Shown here piece after piece: positions 47,536 through 57,188 of a DNA stretch of 64,000 nt (position 1 is its first letter; each line of letters starts with the position of its first letter). Below the pieces are notes generated by a model. It was not told the DNA's origin. It made no database searches and was given only the letters and a program-made list of their open reading frames with translations. Where the stretch lies: IMG/VR virus record IMGVR_UViG_3300027770_000026, positions 201,893-265,892 of that record, one strand, 5' to 3'. A program made the translations under genes and the position numbers.

Positions 47536-48056
47536 ACATCTTCTTCTGCCTTGTTGATTTCTTGTCCAATAAAGTCTACTTTAATCTTGCTCTGACTGGC
47601 CAAATTATCTAGTAGTACAGCAAAGCAAACATTGTTGTTCCATACGTTCTTCCAATGTTCGTCCATTGAAATGCCAGCGGTCATCCAGCTGTTCATAATA
47701 GCATTGATGGTTGCACCGGTATCGTTGATATCATCTACGATGAGAATATTTTTAGGAATAGCATTAGCTAATAGCTCAGTAGGATCGTCATTGAAGAAAT
47801 CAATTTCTTCGTTGGAGTCGCCTAGTGCATCATCAATCATCCACTTATGAACTTCAACTTCACTAGCGTCTCGCAGACTTACTCGCAATGTGTGACATGG
47901 TACTTGATAATACTGACTGATCATTACAGCAGGAATCAAACCACCACGAGTAATGCCAACCACATAGTCTGGCTTCCAATTGTTCAGCGTCATCTTTCGG
48001 ATGATCTCGCTTGTTAGATTACTAACGTCCTGCCAGGTAACTTGTTGATGTTTCAC
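47493..48056 (-). CDS. type I phosphoribosyltransferase (purine PRT-like)
   Basis: ITRGG, PRPP motif LIVDDINDTGAT, YPWE. Confidence 0.85.
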   Translation of the reverse strand: MKHQQVTWQDVSNLTSEIIRKMTLNNWKPDYVVGITRGGLIPAVMISQYYQVPCHTLRVSLRDASEVEVHKWMIDDALGDSNEEIDFFNDDPTELLANAIPKNILIVDDINDTGATINAIMNSWMTAGISMDEHWKNVWNNNVCFAVLLDNLASQSKIKVDFIGQEINKAEEDVWVDYPWENWWISN

Positions 48057-48427
48057 TTGGATTGTCCGGTTAATAGTGCTTCGGTAATACGATATACATT
48101 ACACGCTTCTACTACATCTTCCCATTGCTTGCGAAGAATTTCATATTTTTCCATTGCTTCCCAATTTGGGATAGGTACCGGACTCTGCTGTTCTTTCATG
48201 AAATGTTTGAGTAGCTGGATGTGCTCGTACACTTCATTTAGATCAATGGTGTATTTGTCAGTACCGATGGTGCTACACAATTCCCCCGTTTTTGTAAAGT
48301 AGCTACTGGCGCTAGCAACACCAGTAGTACCTGCATTAGTAATATAATATCCACCATTTGGAGTGGCGCCAATGGTCCCACCTGACCATACAGAATCAAC
48401 GGTTGGAATTGAGTTTGAGGATGTCAT
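48053..48427 (-). CDS. hypothetical protein
   Basis: Ser/Thr/Gly-rich N-terminus with helical C-terminus; coupled. Confidence 0.55.
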   Translation of the reverse strand: MTSSNSIPTVDSVWSGGTIGATPNGGYYITNAGTTGVASASSYFTKTGELCSTIGTDKYTIDLNEVYEHIQLLKHFMKEQQSPVPIPNWEAMEKYEILRKQWEDVVEACNVYRITEALLTGQSK

Positions 48428-49073
48428 AAAATTCCTTCTTAAGTGCTGCATCAGTATTAAACGCGCCTAGCATGATTGCAGTTACCATGTCGTTTTCGTG
48501 TTCACGAACACCACGATGTGTCATGCAGTGATGTTCTGCTTTGACTACTACTGCAACGTTTGGAGTCTTTGCATACTCGCTAAGTGCATTAGCAATCTGT
48601 GTAGTCATCTCTTCCTGAATCTGTGGACGTTCCGCAATATGATGCACAATACGATTGAACTTGCTTAGACCAATAACTTCCCCTTCGGGTACAATACCAA
48701 CCCATGCACGACCTACAATGTTTTGAAAGTGATGTGCGCAAGTGCTTCGAATACTGATTGGGCCACTAGAGTACAAGCTCTTGTATCCCATGTTTGGGAA
48801 GCTGGTAATACGTGGAGCCGGAGCATAACGTCCACCAAATGTTTCCTTGAGGAACATCTTAGCAACACGACGTGCAGTATCCTGAGTGTTGTGATCGTGT
48901 TCGATATCAATAACCAGAGAGTTAAGTACTCCGGTCATTTGCGTGGTAACTTCGTCTATAAGCAAGTCTAGCTCGCCCTCTTCAATATGTTGACTAATGT
49001 TATCGTTTGCAAAGAAACGATCGCCGCTTGTCACTAAACGCTGACGAATGCGCTGGCTAATTAGATCTGACAT
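48396..49073 (-). CDS. folE: GTP cyclohydrolase I
   Basis: STCAHH, GLSKF.R, RPQIQE, HHCMTHRGV. Confidence 0.93.
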   Translation of the reverse strand: MSDLISQRIRQRLVTSGDRFFANDNISQHIEEGELDLLIDEVTTQMTGVLNSLVIDIEHDHNTQDTARRVAKMFLKETFGGRYAPAPRITSFPNMGYKSLYSSGPISIRSTCAHHFQNIVGRAWVGIVPEGEVIGLSKFNRIVHHIAERPQIQEEMTTQIANALSEYAKTPNVAVVVKAEHHCMTHRGVREHENDMVTAIMLGAFNTDAALKKEFYDILKLNSNR

Positions 49074-49074
49074 T

Positions 49075-50151
49075 TTATTTTCCTATTTGATTGATTAATG
49101 AATCACAACTAAAGAAGTCGTTGTGTAACTTGTCTACTAATTTATTTAGGCTTGGGGTATGGTAGTCATAAAATTTGATAGCGTAATCAATTTTATCAAC
49201 CAAACTCTTACGATTCAGTTGATAGCTATCCCATGACTCAGTCCACTCGCTTGGATACTTAAAGTTTAGCTCATACATTTCTGTATAACTTAGTCGGTCT
49301 GGTACCATTGGTATTGCACCCACCAGCGCACCTTCATACACACCTATACCCAGTGTTTCCTGCAAGTTAGCAGAGAACACTACCTTTGACTCTGCAAGTA
49401 GCTGATGATACTCTGCTTTGGTTAGTTTGGTATCCTGACATACTACAAACTCGTACTGTGGCAATTGAGTAGCAAGGTCACGGAAGATTTCCACCTGCTT
49501 CTCGGGTGCAATACGATGCGGGAATATCACACGGTTCTTCTTGGGTGTGCTTGCTAGTGGTGCTAGCTTTTCACGCAGGTATTCCATTGGCCACCCTGTA
49601 GTTACAATCTTGCTATCATATCGTGTAACTGCTGGAGTGAATCGCAGCAATTGTTCACAGAAGATAACGGCATGAAAATGCGTAGCAAAGTAGTTATGAT
49701 CATAACAATCATACATACTACGCTCTGCATTACGTACCCAAGGCTTGTTACCAATTAGTCTACCTAGAAAGTCTTGTGGATCATAACTGCCCGCATGCCA
49801 AAGTCCGTGTAAGGTCCAATTATAACCTAGCAGTTCCTTCATATACTTGAGCTGCACTACTACAGGATTCCAAGCATCAGTTAGCAGTATGTGATCGTTT
49901 GATCCAACATTACCCTCATTCAACTGTGACAAAAACTGGCACAGTTGTGAACTCTTCCAATAGTTTGTATCACTAAAGTTTAGAAAAGCACCCGGAGTAA
50001 GCTCGCTGTTTACCTGTATGCCATTTACTTGACATACATCAAATCGATCACCTAGCTTTTCTTCTAGGATATTTGGAACGTGCGTGAACCATTCTCCAGT
50101 ATACCTGGTATCAATTGGCTCAAGCGAGAAGATCCAAATCTTAGGCTTCAT
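49075..50151 (-). CDS. GT-B fold (GT4-like) glycosyltransferase
   Basis: FPHRIAPEK, QETLGI..YEG, P.RLSY.E. Confidence 0.75.
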   Translation of the reverse strand: MKPKIWIFSLEPIDTRYTGEWFTHVPNILEEKLGDRFDVCQVNGIQVNSELTPGAFLNFSDTNYWKSSQLCQFLSQLNEGNVGSNDHILLTDAWNPVVVQLKYMKELLGYNWTLHGLWHAGSYDPQDFLGRLIGNKPWVRNAERSMYDCYDHNYFATHFHAVIFCEQLLRFTPAVTRYDSKIVTTGWPMEYLREKLAPLASTPKKNRVIFPHRIAPEKQVEIFRDLATQLPQYEFVVCQDTKLTKAEYHQLLAESKVVFSANLQETLGIGVYEGALVGAIPMVPDRLSYTEMYELNFKYPSEWTESWDSYQLNRKSLVDKIDYAIKFYDYHTPSLNKLVDKLHNDFFSCDSLINQIGK

Positions 50152-50374
50152 TGTTTGGCTGTTGCTCATTGTTGTTACGGCGCCGATATGAACGATCTCT
50201 ACGACGTAGGAATGCTTCATACTTGCCCCATGTGGTCTGTGGCTTATACAAGTCTGCTTCGTTAAATGGCTTGCCCTCAAATCTGCACCAATTCTTATAG
50301 TCTTCTAGATCTTCAAAGATCTGTATAACAATAGGGGTAAAGCCGGTTTCGTAATCTGTCTTACGCTTCTTCAT
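50141..50374 (-). CDS. hypothetical protein
   Basis: IFEDLE.Y..WCRFEG..FNEADLY. Confidence 0.6.
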   Translation of the reverse strand: MKKRKTDYETGFTPIVIQIFEDLEDYKNWCRFEGKPFNEADLYKPQTTWGKYEAFLRRRDRSYRRRNNNEQQPNNEA

Positions 50375-50892
50375 TATTCTCCATCCTTAATGATTTGGTC
50401 ATTTGCATAGTCGTCCCAGTTAGTAAAACGATCTCGATCCATGAGATCGCGTAGTGGCCAACACCAGACGCCTGGGTTGGTTGAATCAAATCCTATGTCA
50501 TCAATCTTTACAGTTGTATTATAGTTGAATTTTTCAACATGTGCAAGCTTAACACTGATCATAGGAATAAACTTTCTATGTGTAGCATATGTAATCTTGT
50601 CTTGCACAAACTGTGCCTTTTCTACTGTGAAGTCAAGTGTAACCCAAAAGTTTGCATCGATGAGACCGGTAACCATTTGATCCCACTTCTTCCAGCTTTC
50701 TAGTGATGCGGGATTAAACGAACAGTCTGCACCTAGATACACACCCTTAATCCAATTTTGATCTGCTAGTTTAATAATGGTATCTACTGGGTGTATACCA
50801 ACTACAAACAATAGCTCTTTACCAAAAAGTGGGGTATGTTCAATTTCAACCCCAGTGAAGAATTCTGATTGACTAGTATGTTTCACTTCCAT
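50374..50892 (-). CDS. conserved hypothetical protein in deazaguanine cluster
   Basis: FFTGVEIEHTP, KIDD.GF..TNPGVWC. Confidence 0.7.
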   Translation of the reverse strand: MEVKHTSQSEFFTGVEIEHTPLFGKELLFVVGIHPVDTIIKLADQNWIKGVYLGADCSFNPASLESWKKWDQMVTGLIDANFWVTLDFTVEKAQFVQDKITYATHRKFIPMISVKLAHVEKFNYNTTVKIDDIGFDSTNPGVWCWPLRDLMDRDRFTNWDDYANDQIIKDGE

Positions 50893-51233
50893 TCCTTTTC
50901 GCAGCCGTTTTCGTTATCTTCGGATACAGAGATACGCACTGCTCGCTTGGGATAACGTTGATTAATAGTCAAGTATAGCGTGTCTGCTAACATCTCGCAA
51001 CTCAGATAACTGAGTGTAAGTGTGCCATTACCATATAGGTCTTCTAACCAACGCTTAAACTGAATAAACTCGATATCCCTGTCGTTATGAAACACTTCAA
51101 TCCATACCTTAAAGTGAAAGATATGGCGATGTGGATTTGCCAAAAAGCTTACGTCAAGTAGCTTTGGATCTGTTGCTGCTGCCGGATAACAGTGAATGCC
51201 TTCCTTTTGAAAACTAACCCAAATGTAATTCAT
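50883..51233 (-). CDS. second QueD-like / T-fold protein
   Basis: H..YP, HRHIFH, SCEM, SEDNENG. Confidence 0.55.
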   Translation of the reverse strand: MNYIWVSFQKEGIHCYPAAATDPKLLDVSFLANPHRHIFHFKVWIEVFHNDRDIEFIQFKRWLEDLYGNGTLTLSYLSCEMLADTLYLTINQRYPKRAVRISVSEDNENGCEKEWK

Positions 51234-51568
51234 TAACTAATCCTCAAGGTTTCGTTAAACACAATCTCTCGAACACGTTCGGACAAATCCGTGCCTTCGC
51301 CAATTAGATGAACACTGGTATGATCTTCTGAATTGCGCTTGTTTTTAACATCAGGCTTGCGTGAACTAACTTCTACAACTTGTCCTCCGTGTAGATAATG
51401 TATAGTTAGATGCAGTCTACTACAACTATCAAAATCTACACCGTGATGGCCAGACTGGCCGATAGTCATATCATCGCCAAGACAATCCATACTATCATCG
51501 TCGTATACCTTCAAACGCTTGGCTACAGTAGCTAATTGATACGCTAGCCAATTTCTAAACTTGTTCAT
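51233..51568 (-). CDS. hypothetical protein
   Basis: Coupled ORF. Confidence 0.55.
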   Translation of the reverse strand: MNKFRNWLAYQLATVAKRLKVYDDDSMDCLGDDMTIGQSGHHGVDFDSCSRLHLTIHYLHGGQVVEVSSRKPDVKNKRNSEDHTSVHLIGEGTDLSERVREIVFNETLRIS

Positions 51569-51576
51569 GCATCACC

Positions 51577-53034
51577 TTAATTAAAAAAGTCTTCAAACAT
51601 AGTTTGACCGTTTTGTGCCTTTGTACCGGTCATACCTCTTGTTCCAATAATGTCCATCCAGTAGCGAGTATGATCATCGATTAGTTGCAGACTTTTGTCG
51701 CGTGAACCTAATGAAAAGATGTCATCTACTAGCTGTCTAAACGATACTAGATCAAAATCATGATTAACTAACATGTCGGGCACAATACCCTGATCGTACA
51801 TTCGATTGGCGCGTTGTACTGATTCGATGTGCATGTATGTATTATGCGCCATAAGGATGTTGTATGTTAACGTATCCCACGATGTCTTGCCTTCCTTGCC
51901 AATCTTATTCAAATCGCCAGGTGCATATGTACAAATATCCTTGATCATGCAACGTGCAGTTACCGGACTGTCTTCGAAGTGTGCATAAATCCTATCGGCA
52001 TCGACTGCTTGCTTTAATGGGCGAGTATCACTCGAATACTTTTTATTATCAAGTCCACCTTCCATTCGATATGTCCATTTCTTTTTGTCTTCGATAACAA
52101 TTTCTCTGTACACCTGTCCGTTAGCAGCAGCAAGGAAGGGACTAGCACAGTCAAAGCTAATAGTAAAATTAGAATTGTGATACTTTCTAACTGCACGTTG
52201 GACGTCCGTTAGCAAAGTAGCCCATTCTAATTTACTGGTTCCGAGAAAGTGCATCCAATCTTGCTTGCCTTTTTCCAATAACCCGTCGTGCATGATAATA
52301 ACAATACGTCGAAGAGCCAAATGGATATCGCACATGTTCTGTCCACCCATTGCCCATCCGTTAAAGTGATTTTCGTGTATAGCAGGATCACAGTAGTGCT
52401 TCATGGTCTCATACCACTTGTCGGCTTGCCTGTGTGTTTCACCCTGCAGTACATTTAAGAATTTACACTCACCTGTACGATTTTGCAAGAAGTAATTGTT
52501 ATTAATATTGGTGGCATCAACAGCATCTTGATAGTCTTTGATACCAGTTTTTTCTTTTGCTATGGCATTTCTACCTACCCATACTGGAACGTCTAGGCTC
52601 ATCCCATAGTCCATATAAGTGTCCATCCACTTGAGCACTTGCTCGCGTTTCTTTTGAGCTTTTGGACAAGCAGGATTAGCCCAGTCGCCTTCCCAAACAC
52701 CTTTACCAATTTGGAATCCACCCGAGTCGCCTATTAACCAAGTACTAGCACGATCTCGATCCCGTACCATGCTTTCGCCCATGTCAATTTTGTTGACATC
52801 TAGATTAGCATGACCTGCAGAATATAGATTCCACTTATAGTTGAAATAACAATCTTTGGGTTTAAGCCAATCCAACCCATCTATACCGTATTCAAATCCT
52901 TGTGGGACGCGAGACGGTGGATAGTAGTTTGGATCGCTACGTGTCTTTCCAATTGTACCGGTAAAGGCATTTGAGATAGCAGGCAAAAAGATTGCGTAAT
53001 CGTTCTGCTTGCTAGTTAGGTCAACGATTTCCAT
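51577..53034 (-). CDS. tRNA-guanine transglycosylase-like (DpdA-type) protein
   Basis: DSGGFQ, SLDVP, VLQG, GWAMGG, HFLG, SFDC: TGT catalytic motifs in order. Confidence 0.75.
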   Translation of the reverse strand: MEIVDLTSKQNDYAIFLPAISNAFTGTIGKTRSDPNYYPPSRVPQGFEYGIDGLDWLKPKDCYFNYKWNLYSAGHANLDVNKIDMGESMVRDRDRASTWLIGDSGGFQIGKGVWEGDWANPACPKAQKKREQVLKWMDTYMDYGMSLDVPVWVGRNAIAKEKTGIKDYQDAVDATNINNNYFLQNRTGECKFLNVLQGETHRQADKWYETMKHYCDPAIHENHFNGWAMGGQNMCDIHLALRRIVIIMHDGLLEKGKQDWMHFLGTSKLEWATLLTDVQRAVRKYHNSNFTISFDCASPFLAAANGQVYREIVIEDKKKWTYRMEGGLDNKKYSSDTRPLKQAVDADRIYAHFEDSPVTARCMIKDICTYAPGDLNKIGKEGKTSWDTLTYNILMAHNTYMHIESVQRANRMYDQGIVPDMLVNHDFDLVSFRQLVDDIFSLGSRDKSLQLIDDHTRYWMDIIGTRGMTGTKAQNGQTMFEDFFN

Positions 53035-53037
53035 AGA

Positions 53038-53769
53038 TTACTTGGATAGTCCCATGATATAGTAGTTGTACTCGACTAGTCCACTGTCTAGTGTCATGCA
53101 CATTAGTCCACGCTCGGCTATCTTGAGGCTTGCGCTTTGTGCATGTGAACTGAGATTTAGTACCTTTTGAAACACTGGTACAGAGAATGGAAGGTCGCCT
53201 ACAGTTTTACCAGTAATATTATTTGCAAATACAAAGCGTCCACTGTGTGTTGCAGGTGTACCAAAGCTTACTTCAAGATTAGTTTTCACAGTCTTGATAA
53301 CAAAATTAGTTTCGCCTGGATTCATTGCTGCTTGTAGATTAAATCTCTGTACGCTGGCAAGCGGCGGAGCAAAATCCACACTCCACTTGGCACCAACAAA
53401 CTTAGTTGGTGGTACTAATGTTTCAATTAGTGCTTTGCTCATTAGTCGATAGTTATTGGTAAAGTCCCCTGACGCATTAGCAAATTCAACTCGATCTAGC
53501 TTGTTGCCTTCGTGGCCTAGGCCAATAGATACGTTTTCTTCATACTCTGGACAGTCAAGCAATCGCTGTAGCAGATCTAACTGCCCAAGACCAAATGTGG
53601 TCTCTTCGTTATTAAACTTTAGCTTACTTGTTGCTGTTAGCACCACAGTCTTTTCTGGATTGGTGCTGCTTAGTGTAATACCGTTTGCATCTTGGTCTAC
53701 TCTAACAGCGGGGAATACACCCACGCCATGTACGTACTTGATAACATCTCGAAAAATATCCTGAATCAT
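53038..53769 (-). CDS. sliding clamp (T4 gp45-like)
   Basis: 243-aa alpha/beta protein directly downstream of polymerase; C-terminal YNYYI. Confidence 0.6.
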   Translation of the reverse strand: MIQDIFRDVIKYVHGVGVFPAVRVDQDANGITLSSTNPEKTVVLTATSKLKFNNEETTFGLGQLDLLQRLLDCPEYEENVSIGLGHEGNKLDRVEFANASGDFTNNYRLMSKALIETLVPPTKFVGAKWSVDFAPPLASVQRFNLQAAMNPGETNFVIKTVKTNLEVSFGTPATHSGRFVFANNITGKTVGDLPFSVPVFQKVLNLSSHAQSASLKIAERGLMCMTLDSGLVEYNYYIMGLSK

Positions 53770-53824
53770 ATATAACCTCGTTGTGTATAGTAATTAGATG
53801 TTGATGCTGGTCAGCATCAATTAT

Positions 53825-56491
53825 TTAGGCAAAGAACGAACTAAACAAATCTTCTTGTTCGCGACTGCGAACGTTCCACCCTAGTACACCCAATAGGTTT
53901 TCTAGTTTGGCATCAATAATAGCCTCTTCCATTGCAGTAGTATCAAATGGCAATTCTTTGAACCAGTCTGGTAAACTGGATTGGTCAATAGGATATGCAA
54001 CCGATGTCATGCCCAACAAGTTATCTTTGAGCTTGCATACAATAACTTTCTGTCCATCGGTAATATCTAGACTGTAACGATCGCTGTTGATCTTCTTCAG
54101 TCTATTCCAGTTTAGTGCAGCACGAACGTGTCCGGGCATGTTGGTCTTGCCTTTGCTTTCTTCCTGCTTGCGGAACTTGGTTAGATTGTTAACACGCTTT
54201 GGTGTGCCAATTTGCCATGCGTTCTTACTGCGGAAGTCTGCACGAAACTTGTCTACTGCACCAATAACATCCTTCTCAGTGCTATCTGTTAGCACCATCA
54301 TGAGTACACGTTGCAAGAACTGCTGCATGAACTCGGGAGTGTCTGCACGTCTAAGGTCCAATCCCTTAACCTTAGTTTCGCCTGGACTACCATTCACATC
54401 CTTGCGCTTGCCTTCCTTGTCATAAGTTAGTACAGCATAACGCTTCTTGGTAATGAACAAGCCAGTTTCCGCAACCAGTTCACGACCGTTACGTATAATC
54501 TCGCCCTTGCTGTGTGGCACATGAAATGTACGATACATAAAGTCTGGAAAGCTAGCATTGATTTCTTCGGCTACTTGGTCATACAACTGTACCACAGTGT
54601 CCTTTGTCCAGGGAATCTTACCCTCGGCAACATCCTTCTTTAGTGCAGGATATGCAGAGAAGAAGCAAGAGTCAGTGTCACCGTAAATGATTGCATCACC
54701 TACGTGGTCATACGTGCCATGGAATAGCTCGTTAATGGTACCCGCCATGTGTTTAACCACTTGGCGTCCATTTAATGTAACGCTTTGTCCCAGTCTGCGG
54801 TCTTCAAACCTGCAGCCTGGATTAAGGATTGCACCATACAAACTATTCAACTGAATCTTACGCACGTTTTGGATACGATCCCAATGCTCTGCATCTTTGG
54901 GATCTGTTGCTTCCTTAGCCTTCTTCTGCATGGCCTTACGTTCCTCATACCAACGTTCCAGCAAGCCAGGAATGATGCCTGCCTTCTCATAGGTAAAGAT
55001 AGTACCGTTAGCACTCAGTGCCCAAGGCTTGTTGCTATCATAGATTAACTTGTACAACTGTGCAGCACTGTATGTTTCAGTGATGCCGGTTTCCCAATCA
55101 ACAACGATCTCAACGCCCGGATCCTTAGCATGTACTGCATCAAACTCAAGCGTGGCAAAGATACCTTCCCATGCTTTGGCACGTGATGCCTTTTCGGTCT
55201 TCATCTTGTTAGCAAGATATGCTTCGGTAGTGTCTTGTCGTATCTGCCCAACAATAGTTTCGGGACCCATGTTGAATGCACGGATCACTGACGGATACAG
55301 ACTGTTAACGTCTACTGCACCAATCCATTTATGTAAACCTTTCTTAGGATATGCAACATATGCACCAGCGGCACCATCTTCTTCCTCGCCATCCTTTTCC
55401 ACAAGATCTCGCTTGCGGTCGGGAATTACCAAACCCTGTGCATGAGCTTCGTTAATGATAGCCTGCTCAGTTGTAGCAACTGCACCCAGCGTTGTGGGCA
55501 ACAGCACAGTGTTTTGATGTGCAATGGCATTAACTAAGTCAATCAACTTTAGCTTGCGATTGATCTTAACCAACAACATAACGTCTTGTCGATTGTACTC
55601 GATAAACTTCTTAAAGTCCTGCTTGTACAGTTGATCCAGTGTGCCTTCGTATGGTGTCTTACGTTCGTTTACTTCGTATTCACCAATTGAGTCCAGGCTG
55701 TAACTGTGACGTTCTTCATATGTAAACTTGCGGTATAACTGCAAGTAGTCCAGGTGTACACGCCCAATGAGGTCGTAAGTATTTTGGACATTGCCAAACT
55801 TTTCGTACTCACGACCCTTGGGTAGTTGGTCCCACAGACATAGTCTGCGTGTGTCATTCTTGCTTAACACTTGAGCGATGCGATTAACAATGTAGGGAAT
55901 GTCGTATCCCTCACTGTTCCAACCTGACATGATGTCTGCATTATCAATCAAGTCTAAGAAGGTGCTCAACAGTTCTGCTTCACTGGCGAACAGCATGCAG
56001 TTATCAAACGTCTTGGTAAACTCGATTGCCTGCTCCATTGAGATGGTGGGCGGTGGCAGTGCAAGTGTAACTGCTTGATCTAACCAACTAAGATACACAG
56101 TGATAGCAGTAACTGGAGCAAACGCATCGTCTGTGGGACTGAATCCACGATCTGGGTCAAAGTCAACTTCGATGTCGAAGAATGCTATATGTAGGTCAGG
56201 TTGATCCTTGCCCAAATAGTATTCTTCTAGACAGCGATTAACAGCTTTGAAGTCTGATTCATACAGCTTCTTGCCGCTATACACACGCCGCTCCTTGTTG
56301 AACTCTTTGAGACTTTTAGTCGCAAAACGAGTGCAAGGAGTACCAAATAGTGTTCTATGCTTGCCCTTGGGGTCATCGTAGTAGAACACGTACTTGGCTG
56401 GATAGTTAACGAACGTGCGCTGACCGCCCACACGCTCTACCACCTTGATGGTATCTGTGTCACGATCATGTAATGCATCTACGTAAGACAT
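53825..56491 (-). CDS. gp43: family B DNA polymerase (T4 gp43-like)
   Basis: FDIE exonuclease, DVNSLYPS, KIQLNSLYG, YGDTDS, KKRY. Confidence 0.96.
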   Translation of the reverse strand: MSYVDALHDRDTDTIKVVERVGGQRTFVNYPAKYVFYYDDPKGKHRTLFGTPCTRFATKSLKEFNKERRVYSGKKLYESDFKAVNRCLEEYYLGKDQPDLHIAFFDIEVDFDPDRGFSPTDDAFAPVTAITVYLSWLDQAVTLALPPPTISMEQAIEFTKTFDNCMLFASEAELLSTFLDLIDNADIMSGWNSEGYDIPYIVNRIAQVLSKNDTRRLCLWDQLPKGREYEKFGNVQNTYDLIGRVHLDYLQLYRKFTYEERHSYSLDSIGEYEVNERKTPYEGTLDQLYKQDFKKFIEYNRQDVMLLVKINRKLKLIDLVNAIAHQNTVLLPTTLGAVATTEQAIINEAHAQGLVIPDRKRDLVEKDGEEEDGAAGAYVAYPKKGLHKWIGAVDVNSLYPSVIRAFNMGPETIVGQIRQDTTEAYLANKMKTEKASRAKAWEGIFATLEFDAVHAKDPGVEIVVDWETGITETYSAAQLYKLIYDSNKPWALSANGTIFTYEKAGIIPGLLERWYEERKAMQKKAKEATDPKDAEHWDRIQNVRKIQLNSLYGAILNPGCRFEDRRLGQSVTLNGRQVVKHMAGTINELFHGTYDHVGDAIIYGDTDSCFFSAYPALKKDVAEGKIPWTKDTVVQLYDQVAEEINASFPDFMYRTFHVPHSKGEIIRNGRELVAETGLFITKKRYAVLTYDKEGKRKDVNGSPGETKVKGLDLRRADTPEFMQQFLQRVLMMVLTDSTEKDVIGAVDKFRADFRSKNAWQIGTPKRVNNLTKFRKQEESKGKTNMPGHVRAALNWNRLKKINSDRYSLDITDGQKVIVCKLKDNLLGMTSVAYPIDQSSLPDWFKELPFDTTAMEEAIIDAKLENLLGVLGWNVRSREQEDLFSSFFA

Positions 56492-56494
56492 TGT

Positions 56495-56755
56495 TTAGAT
56501 CTTACGTCCTACAGTAATTAGAATGGTTTCGAGATCTTCCATTTCGCTTTGCTGCTCAGTAAAGCTGCTCTTGTGCGCAGTCTTGATTGCCTTGCTTAGT
56601 AGGCTGGGCTTTACATTTAGCTCTTCTGCAATAGCCTTAACAGTATCGCGAAGTCCTTCCTGCAGGTCGGTTACTTCCTGTAGTACACGCATACCCTCGT
56701 TAATTAGTTGTACGAGTTTGGCCTTCTCTTCTGCGTTAAATGTCTTGTCACTCAT
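56495..56755 (-). CDS. T4 DsbA-like small dsDNA-binding protein
   Basis: Short helical protein with L.D..KAIAEEL..KP..L.KAIK pattern. Confidence 0.6.
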   Translation of the reverse strand: MSDKTFNAEEKAKLVQLINEGMRVLQEVTDLQEGLRDTVKAIAEELNVKPSLLSKAIKTAHKSSFTEQQSEMEDLETILITVGRKI

Positions 56756-56804
56756 TTGTGAACCTCTTGTGATAAAAAATGCCGGTTACCATGATCCGGC
56801 AGCA

Positions 56805-56833
56805 AGTATAACGTTCTTGCGGTGAGAAGTCAA
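56805..56833 (-). promoter_or_regulatory. sigma70-like promoter
   Basis: TTGACT-17 bp-TATACT. Confidence 0.6.
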
Positions 56834-56857
56834 CGTCTGCTTGCGCAGAGGTAGGGA

Positions 56858-57088
56858 TTAGACCTGACCAACCTTACGACGGCTGATGGCATAATTGGTC
56901 GTGCCAACTGTGTTTGGGCGAGTGCGAACACGGAATCCCTCCTGACGAATCTCGCTCATGCGAGCACGTAGATTTTGGATGCCATATGTTGCAGCAGCCT
57001 GGGCAGCAGTTAGCTCACGACCAGTACCACGTAGGTAATCAACGAGGAACTCAGCCTGAGGCATGGTTAGTGTAGTAAATGAACGCAT
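56858..57088 (-). CDS. winged HTH DNA-binding protein
   Basis: LT..QA...YGI.NLRARMSEIR..G. Confidence 0.7.
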   Translation of the reverse strand: MRSFTTLTMPQAEFLVDYLRGTGRELTAAQAAATYGIQNLRARMSEIRQEGFRVRTRPNTVGTTNYAISRRKVGQV

Positions 57089-57188
57089 GTGTTGTCTCCT
57101 TTGTAATGTCTAACACAGTAATAGTTACTGCATTAGCAAGGAGCACATCAAATTATCTGAACACATTCTTTTAATTCAGACACGATGA

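Noticed and set aside
53825-56491. Intein or intron in polymerase, thyX or capsid genes
   Set aside because: The ORFs are continuous, of normal length, and lack intein splice motifs.
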